Positions 44,576 to 51,285 of a stretch of 51,285 nucleotides of DNA are shown here, in pieces. How positions within the stretch are numbered: the first letter of the stretch is position 1; every line of letters begins with the position of its first letter. The translations under genes and the position numbers were made by a program. The DNA lies in contig JAGCNN010000073.1 in the NCBI GenBank assembly GCA_017645925.1, positions 1 through 51,285 on the forward strand. Reading direction: 5' to 3'. Under the pieces are notes generated by a model. It worked only from the letters and a program-made list of their open reading frames with translations, made no database searches and was not told the origin of the DNA. The stretch is from Bacteroidales bacterium. GTDB taxonomy: Bacteria; Bacteroidota; Bacteroidia; Bacteroidales; ML635J-15.

Positions 44576-45916
44576 ATGGGAACAGCCAACAAACCAACGC
44601 TATCGGTAACCAACAAGGAAATCTGGCAAATTTCCTACCCTATAATATTCGGCAACCTAGCTCAAACCATAATGGTTTTTGTCAACACCGTTTTCATTGG
44701 ACACGTTGGCAACGTAGAGCTTGGCGCTGTTATGCTTGCTGGAATATACTACTTGGTTTTCACGGCATTAGCAATGGGATTTGCCATCGGTGTACAAATC
44801 ATCATAGCAAGGCGTCTGGGCGAACAAAATTACAAGCAGATAGGCGTTGTGTTTGAACATGGTCTTCTTTTTACCATTATACTTGGCATAACGCTTTGGT
44901 TAATAATGCATTTCTTTTCCAACATCCTACTTGACCTAATAATAGACTCGCCCAATGTATATGAAGCTGCACTACAATTTACCAATTACAGGCACTACGG
45001 AATTGCAATTGTATGCATAAACTATCTGTTCAGGTCGCTGTACATAGGACTATCGAATACAAAAATAATCACCTACACAACCATCCTTATGGCAGCTGTG
45101 AATATTTTCCTCGACTACTCGCTGATATTCGGCAACTTGGGTTTTCCAGAAATGGGAATAAGAGGTGCAGGATTGTCGTCGGTATGTGCAGAACTGTCGG
45201 CATTGCTGCTTTTTGTGTTCCACACATTAAAAATGATACCATTCCGCAAATATGGGCTTTTTCAATTCGGCAAGATTGAATTTCCACTTTTAAAGTCTGT
45301 ACTAAAGTTAGCATTTCCAACTATGCTACAACGGCTTATGTCATTTGGACTTTGGTTTGTATTTTTCGCCATGATAGAACACACTGGAGAAATGCCAATT
45401 GCCGTATCAGGCATAGTAAGAAGCGTCTATATGCTGGTAACAATCCCAGTGTTTGCTTTCAGCGCTACCTCCAACACACTAACCAGCAGACTAATAGGTG
45501 CTGACAAGCAAGACGAAATTCCGCATACTCTGATAAAAATAGCCAAGATGAGTCTTGCCACTATTATACCGCTAGTAGTAATATGCCTATGCGCACCACA
45601 ATACATAGCAAGAATCTACACCGACGACCTTACCTTGGCAGCAAATTCAGCCAGCACAATATACGTAATCCTCGTTGCAACACTTGTTCTCGCCCCTGCG
45701 ATGATATATTTTGAGTTCATATCGGGAACAGGGCATACGCTTTCGGCACTGCTGCTTGAAGCAGGAGTTCTTGTTATTTACGTAGTTTACTTGTATCTGA
45801 GTTCAAGCGTATGGAACCTAAGTGTAGAATGGATATGGTGCACCGAAATACTTTACGGCTCGCTGCTGCTGGCAACCTCCTTCGCCTACATGAAACTGGC
45901 AAAATGGCGGAAATAG
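44576..45916 (+). CDS. MATE family efflux transporter
   Basis: 446 aa, about 12 TM, with the N-terminus ILKISYPIIFGNLAQ-type motif (IWQISYPIIFGNLAQTIM). Confidence 0.85.
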   Translation: MGTANKPTLSVTNKEIWQISYPIIFGNLAQTIMVFVNTVFIGHVGNVELGAVMLAGIYYLVFTALAMGFAIGVQIIIARRLGEQNYKQIGVVFEHGLLFTIILGITLWLIMHFFSNILLDLIIDSPNVYEAALQFTNYRHYGIAIVCINYLFRSLYIGLSNTKIITYTTILMAAVNIFLDYSLIFGNLGFPEMGIRGAGLSSVCAELSALLLFVFHTLKMIPFRKYGLFQFGKIEFPLLKSVLKLAFPTMLQRLMSFGLWFVFFAMIEHTGEMPIAVSGIVRSVYMLVTIPVFAFSATSNTLTSRLIGADKQDEIPHTLIKIAKMSLATIIPLVVICLCAPQYIARIYTDDLTLAANSASTIYVILVATLVLAPAMIYFEFISGTGHTLSALLLEAGVLVIYVVYLYLSSSVWNLSVEWIWCTEILYGSLLLATSFAYMKLAKWRK

Positions 45917-45962
45917 CCAACAGCGCACACCAATAATGCTTTTCCAATCTCCAGATTTTTAT

Positions 45963-45970
45963 TACTTTTG
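45963..45970 (+). promoter_or_regulatory. -7 box TACTTTTG(C) for elbB
   Basis: Exact match, 24 nt upstream of ATG 45994. Confidence 0.5.
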
Positions 45971-45993
45971 CAAAAAATTATAACTAACACAAT

Positions 45994-46638
45994 ATGAAGA
46001 AAATAGCAGTAATACTTTCGGGTTGCGGCACTCGCGACGGCAGCGAAATTCACGAGTCAACATTGTCATTGCTGGCAATCGACATGCACGGATGCAAATA
46101 CCAATGCTTTGCACCAGACAGAAATCAGACCGAAGTCATGAACCACTTCACACAGAAGCATGAAGACGAAAAAAGGAACATGCTCGCCGAAGCAGCTCGC
46201 ATCGCACGTTGCGACATAAAGCCACTGAGCGAAATCAACGCATCAGACTTCGATGCACTGTGGATACCGGGTGGACTTGGTGCTGCCAAGAACCTCTGCT
46301 CATACTTCTACGATGGTGCCAACATGAAGGTTGACAAGGAAGTAGAATCGGCAATCATAGCTTTCAACAAGGCAGGCAAACCGATAGTTGCACTCTGCAT
46401 AGCACCTGTAATCGTTGCAAAAGTACTTGAAGCAAAAGTTACTTCGGGAAAAGATGCCAACACGGCAGCAAAAATTGAAGCCATGGGCGGAAAAAACATC
46501 GTCTGCAACTTCGACGAAATAGCTTACGACGAAGAAAAACGCGTCATCACAGCTCCATGCTACATGCTAGATGCAACAATCGCTGAAATATGGCGAGGAA
46601 TTGACAAGGCTGCTGCAAAACTTGTGGAACTGATATAG
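45994..46638 (+). CDS. elbB: DJ-1/PfpI-superfamily protein ElbB (glyoxalase-like)
   Basis: MKKIAVILSGCGTRDGSEIHESTLSLLAID and DALWIPGGLGAAKNL are typical ElbB motifs. Confidence 0.85.
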   Translation: MKKIAVILSGCGTRDGSEIHESTLSLLAIDMHGCKYQCFAPDRNQTEVMNHFTQKHEDEKRNMLAEAARIARCDIKPLSEINASDFDALWIPGGLGAAKNLCSYFYDGANMKVDKEVESAIIAFNKAGKPIVALCIAPVIVAKVLEAKVTSGKDANTAAKIEAMGGKNIVCNFDEIAYDEEKRVITAPCYMLDATIAEIWRGIDKAAAKLVELI

Positions 46639-46660
46639 ACACAATTCCCAAGATAGGCGC

Positions 46661-47974
46661 ATGAACAAGGAAATCCTAAGGCTTGCTCTGCCCAACATCA
46701 TAACCAACATCACCGTTCCTCTGCTCGGAATGGTTGATTTGGCTATTGTCGGGCACATAGGCGATGAGACCTACATAGGAGCCATTGCTCTTGGGACTGC
46801 TATTTTCAACCTGATATACTGGAATTTCGGTTTTCTGCGCATGGGCACAAGCGGATTGGCAGCCCAAGCATACGGTGCAGGCGACAATTCCGAAGCCATG
46901 AAAATCCTTGTCAGAGGAATCACAATAGCAATATGCGCCGCCGTTCTACTAATAGCCCTGCAATGGCCTATTGCCAAGCTCTCCGAAGCCATCCTAAATT
47001 GCAGCAGCGAAACATTAAAACTCACTCTCACATATTTCTACATAAGGATATGGGCTGCTCCTGCAACTCTCGGACTATATGCTATAAAAGGTTGGTTCAT
47101 AGGAATGCAGAACTCCAAGTCGCCAATGGTAGTAGCAATAACGCTCAACATTGTAAATATCGTTACAAGCATAGTGTTCGTAGTGTGGCTGAAAATGGAC
47201 ATTGCAGGAGTTGCACTGGGTACAGTGATTGCCCAATATTCAGGATTATTGCTTGCTATTGCATTGTGGTTCAAGCATTACGGAAATATGCGGCATCTAA
47301 TAGACATTCGCGGAAGCCTACACAAAGCCGAAATGAAACGCTTTTTCAAAATTAACAGCGATATTTTCCTACGCACCTTATGCCTTTGCGCTGTTTTCAC
47401 TTTCATACCAGCAATCTCGGCAAATATGGGCGACCGCATTCTCGCTGCCAACACATTGATAATGCAATTGTTTACACTTTTCTCCTATATAGTTGACGGA
47501 TATGCATACGCCGGCGAATCGCTTGTAGGAAAATACATTGGAGCCAAGAATCCTGCCTCGCTGAAAAAATCAATACGCTACCTATTGTACTGGGGAATTG
47601 CCTTTACCGCAATATTCACGTTAATATATCTATTCTGGAGCAGAGACATATACGGCATCCTCACAAACGATACCAATGTCATCGACGAAGCAATGAGTTT
47701 CAACAGGTGGACACTACTGATACCAATATGCGGTTTCTCGGCATTCATTTTTGATGGCATATATATAGGTGCAACCGCAGCAAAATCAATGCGAAACATA
47801 ATGTTCATAGCCACAGCAGTATTTTTTGGAGGATTCTTCATTCTACAGCCGGCAATCGGAAACGATGGCTTGTGGATAGCATTCCTGCTATTTCTGATAT
47901 TCAGGGGCGGACTTATGTGGATTAGATACAAGAAAGTGATTGTCAAACCAGTAGAAAACGAAACAAACCAATGA
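46661..47974 (+). CDS. MATE family efflux transporter (DinF-like)
   Basis: 437 aa. ILRLALPNIITNITVPLLGMVDLAIVGHIG resembles the DinF subgroup N-terminus. Confidence 0.8.
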   Translation: MNKEILRLALPNIITNITVPLLGMVDLAIVGHIGDETYIGAIALGTAIFNLIYWNFGFLRMGTSGLAAQAYGAGDNSEAMKILVRGITIAICAAVLLIALQWPIAKLSEAILNCSSETLKLTLTYFYIRIWAAPATLGLYAIKGWFIGMQNSKSPMVVAITLNIVNIVTSIVFVVWLKMDIAGVALGTVIAQYSGLLLAIALWFKHYGNMRHLIDIRGSLHKAEMKRFFKINSDIFLRTLCLCAVFTFIPAISANMGDRILAANTLIMQLFTLFSYIVDGYAYAGESLVGKYIGAKNPASLKKSIRYLLYWGIAFTAIFTLIYLFWSRDIYGILTNDTNVIDEAMSFNRWTLLIPICGFSAFIFDGIYIGATAAKSMRNIMFIATAVFFGGFFILQPAIGNDGLWIAFLLFLIFRGGLMWIRYKKVIVKPVENETNQ

Positions 47975-48378
47975 GCAGTCGAATAATAAGCCTATTAATT
48001 GCAGCAGCTGTTATCATTTTTGCGTGGGTAGCATACAAAATTTACTGCAAGCTAACAGATAAATTCAAAACAGTAAAATCGGATGAATTTGAGAAAATAA
48101 TATCCAGCAAAGAAATTGTCGTCCTAGATGTACGCACAGCCGAAGAATTTGCAAGCGGACATATCATCAATGCCGTAAATATCAACGTCTATGAAAGCAA
48201 TTTCATAGACTTGGCAAAAGCAGAACTCACTGAAGAAAAGCCAGTTGCCGTTTACTGCCGCAGTGGAGTACGAAGCCGTAAAGCAGCATCGCAACTGACA
48301 AAAAATGGCTACGAAGTCGTTAACCTTGACGGGGGAATCCTTGCATGGAAAAGACATGGGAAAGCTGTGGTTTGCTAA
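47971..48378 (+). CDS. Membrane-anchored rhodanese-domain protein
   Basis: N-terminal TM helix, VVLDVRTAEEF, and an active-site loop YCRSGVRS. ATGA overlap with the MATE stop. Confidence 0.85.
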   Translation: MSSRIISLLIAAAVIIFAWVAYKIYCKLTDKFKTVKSDEFEKIISSKEIVVLDVRTAEEFASGHIINAVNINVYESNFIDLAKAELTEEKPVAVYCRSGVRSRKAASQLTKNGYEVVNLDGGILAWKRHGKAVVC

Positions 48379-48492
48379 AGAGGACAAGTTTCTTAAAACG
48401 TAATAGGTCTATTCAAGCAGCAAAACAAATTCAACTTCACATTTCTTTAAGATTTTTAAATTCTTTATAAGATTGTGTACCGATAAAAATTC

Positions 48493-48500
48493 TAATTTTG
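48493..48500 (+). promoter_or_regulatory. -7 box TAATTTTG(C) for thioredoxin-fold gene pair
   Basis: Exact match, 27 nt upstream of ATG 48527. Confidence 0.5.
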
Positions 48501-48526
48501 CAGTTTTGAATTAAACAATAAAAGTC

Positions 48527-50026
48527 ATGAAAAAGTTAGGCATTATTATCTTGGTTATGACAATATGCTGTTTGGCATCGTTTGCGCAAAAGAAAGGCAA
48601 GCCAACAAAGGACAGCTACAAGTACAACATTGAGTTCACTATCAAAGGTGTACACGACACAGTTATATATGTAGGGCATCACCTCGGCGAAAAGAAATAC
48701 GTAATCGATACCATTCCGTTGGATGCCAATTGCCACGGCGTTATGAAAGGCAACAAGGACATACACAAGGGAATATACATAGTTGTAATGCCATCACGCA
48801 ACATGAATTTCTTTGAATTCCTGATGGGTCCAGAAGGCCAGCGCAACTTCTCGATAGAGACCGACACAGCCAACTATGTCAAAAACATGAAAATCAAAGG
48901 CAGTTCCGAAAATGTTGCTTTCAACAACTACCAGAGGCACATGATGGAATTGCAAATGGAACGCATGGAAATTGAAAAGGCCATCAAGAAAGCAGGAGAC
49001 AACAAGGAAGCAAAGGACGCCGAGTACGAAAAGATGAAAAACCTCAATGAGCGCCGCATCGAATACATGACAAAGGTAGAAAACGAAAACAAAGGAACAT
49101 TGTTCGGCTCAATAATGCGCTCGATGCACGAAGTTGAAATTCCCGACTTCCCACGCGATGAGAACGGCGTAATCACCGATTCAACATTCCAATACAAGTA
49201 CTACAAGAAGCACTACTTCGACTACATTGACTTCGAGGAAGAAGGACTTGTTCGCACACCTATATACGAACCAAAGCTCAACTATTATTTTGAAAAGATG
49301 GTAGTTCCATCTCCAGACTCACTTATCGTTGATGCTCACAACGTTATACAGATGACCTACGAAAAAGGCCTTATGAAAGGCGACACACTTATCTACCAAT
49401 ACACGCTTTCGCACTTGCTCAACTACTTTGAGGAATCGAAAATAATGGGCTACGACGCTGTTTTTGTAGCTATCGCCGAAGACTGGTACCTAAGCGGAAA
49501 AGCACCTTGGTCAGACTCAACATTCATGTCGAAGCTGAAGGAACGTGTTGAAAAGATAACCCCTACCCGACTTGGCAGCATTGCATACAACCTGACCAGA
49601 ATGCAAAGCGTTGACGACCGCTACTACAATCTCCACGACATAAAGTCGGACTATACAGTGCTGATTTTCTGGGAGCCATCGTGCGGACACTGCAAGAAGG
49701 AAGTTCCAAAGCTAATAAACGAATTCCGCGACACTCTCAAGGACTTGGGCGTAAAGGTGTTTGCAATCTACACACAGTACGACAAGAAAGAATGGGAAGA
49801 ATTCATAAACGACAAGAACATCAAGGATGACCACTGGATAAATGTTTGGGACGGACCATATCCACACTCCAAGTTCCGCGACTACTACGATATTTACAGT
49901 ACTCCTGTAATTTATGTTCTCGACAAGAATAAGAAGATTGTAGGCAAACGTCTGAACGTAGAAAACATCAAGGATCTGATTATGTTCGAGAAAAAGAAGG
50001 AAGAATATGAGAAGGACACTCACTAA
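48527..50026 (+). CDS. Secreted thioredoxin-fold (TlpA/DUF5106-like) protein, CGHC active site
   Basis: 499 aa with a signal peptide. The C-terminal Trx fold has YTVLIFWEPSCGHCKKEVPKL...YSTPVIYVLD. Confidence 0.8.
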   Translation: MKKLGIIILVMTICCLASFAQKKGKPTKDSYKYNIEFTIKGVHDTVIYVGHHLGEKKYVIDTIPLDANCHGVMKGNKDIHKGIYIVVMPSRNMNFFEFLMGPEGQRNFSIETDTANYVKNMKIKGSSENVAFNNYQRHMMELQMERMEIEKAIKKAGDNKEAKDAEYEKMKNLNERRIEYMTKVENENKGTLFGSIMRSMHEVEIPDFPRDENGVITDSTFQYKYYKKHYFDYIDFEEEGLVRTPIYEPKLNYYFEKMVVPSPDSLIVDAHNVIQMTYEKGLMKGDTLIYQYTLSHLLNYFEESKIMGYDAVFVAIAEDWYLSGKAPWSDSTFMSKLKERVEKITPTRLGSIAYNLTRMQSVDDRYYNLHDIKSDYTVLIFWEPSCGHCKKEVPKLINEFRDTLKDLGVKVFAIYTQYDKKEWEEFINDKNIKDDHWINVWDGPYPHSKFRDYYDIYSTPVIYVLDKNKKIVGKRLNVENIKDLIMFEKKKEEYEKDTH

Positions 50027-51285
50027 AATCCTTCTAACAATACTTACACTGCAAGCCTTTGTCGTTTCGGCAAGGGCTTACAGCATTAAATTGGAGATAC
50101 AAGGACTGCCCGACCAATACGTTTATCTATACCAATATCACGGTTTACAAAGCCTCACTATAGATTCTACAAAATGCAAGAACGGCACCGCAAAATTCTC
50201 AGGAACAACAACATTGCCTCAAGGAATATACTACATACGGACAAAAGAAAAAAAACTTTTCGATTTTCTGTTTGCCGATGGTCTTAACCTTTCTACCGAT
50301 TGCGAAGAACCAGCATATCATCTAAATGTAAGCGGCAATGAAGCAAGCAAATCGTTCAACGAAGCTCAGAAAACAATACTAAGATACTTGACTCAGCGTG
50401 ACGAAAAATCTGTACTTCTATCGGCAATGAAACACTGGAAAGACAACAGTGTTGACACGCTAAAACTTAAAAACGAAATAGACAGTCTCGACAAGTTCTA
50501 CCTTGATTTTCTGCAACGCGAATGGAAAAAGCAGAAAAAAAACGACTTTCTATCGGGACTCTACAAGATGGCATACGCAGCACAATGCCCCGACTGCGAC
50601 CAGTTGTCATACATAGACTTCTCAAATCCCGAACTGCTTAATACTCCAGAATATTCGTTCAGAAAGCTAATTGAAAGTTACTGCTGGAAAAACATTTCCT
50701 CGTTTGCCGACAACATACCTACTGCAATTGCAAACGCCGAACACCTTGTCCAATTTACCGACCCTAACAGCGAATTCAGAAAATACATACTTAACAACCT
50801 AGTATTAAGCTACACAACAATAAACCGCGGCTACCACCCTGACCTAAGGCTCGAAGCGGTAGCCTGCTACCTGTTCGACAAATACTACAAAGATAAACCT
50901 TGGTGGATGTCAGACTACGACTACACTGTTATGAAATGGGAATACGACATCACCAAATACAATGTCATCGGAATGCAAGGCAAGAACATTGTACTCCCCG
51001 ACCAAAACGAAACCGAGCGTTCACTGTACGGACTGAAATCCAAATACAAGCTTCTGGTTTTCTGGGATTCGGAATGTGAAGTTTGCATCGAAAAAGTGAG
51101 CCACATCCAAGCCGACTACAACGAACTTAAATCAATGGGCGCAGAAGTCTTTGCCGTATATACCGAAGCCGAATACGACCAGTGGAAGGAATACATCGCC
51201 GAAAACGAACTCAACTGGATAAATGTCAGCGACCCCGAAGGCGTTGGCACATACGACTACGACTACGGAACATACAAGACACCTC
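50008..51285 (+). CDS. Secreted thioredoxin-fold paralog, CEVC motif (3' end outside window)
   Basis: Not in the ORF track because it has no stop. I read frame 1 open from ATG 50008 to 51285 (426 codons). It has a signal peptide MRRTLTKILLTILTLQAFVVSARA and KLLVFWDSECEVCIEKV. It overlaps the upstream gene by 19 nt. Confidence 0.75.

Noticed and set aside
1-51285. Mobile genetic element or genomic island
   Set aside because: There is no integrase, transposase, relaxase, phage or tRNA-flank signature. The secreted-protein genes are interleaved with core housekeeping genes.

Overview
This 51.3-kb chromosomal segment looks like Bacteroidota, probably Bacteroidales-like. Twelve genes have an exact TAnnTTTG(C) -7 box 17-35 nt upstream of the start codon. 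Many products have SPII lipoprotein signals, and four carry T9SS C-terminal sorting domains. I saw no rRNA, tRNA, CRISPR array, transposase or integrase. I call about 38 CDS. Housekeeping genes are ung, dnaX, metG, uvrB, kdsB, rnhB, DUF47/PiT, arginine deiminase, an AGCS symporter, two MATE pumps, elbB, a rhodanese and thioredoxin-fold proteins. They are interleaved with a dense set of secreted or surface proteins: M64, M43, C10 and C25 peptidases, a 1671-aa SBBP/PKD/SprB-repeat protein with a type-B T9SS CTD, two BspA-type LRR proteins and a vWA/FISUMP-like lipoprotein. The best candidate for something undescribed is 28.8-31.9 kb. There a T9SS M43 metalloprotease is followed, with a 1-nt gap, by the first of three paralogous 71-85-aa lipoproteins that share a four-cysteine framework. 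I interpret these as a possible potempin-like protease-inhibitor module, which is inference only. The second notable class is noncoding. A roughly 300-nt repeat family has two clear copies (1-268 and 4379-4670) and one weak third copy (about 21900-22135). Three long intergenic gaps are dense in hairpins, there are GC-rich REP-like palindromes, and nine same-strand GAAAC motifs abut the uvrB promoter. Functions of all noncoding elements are unknown.
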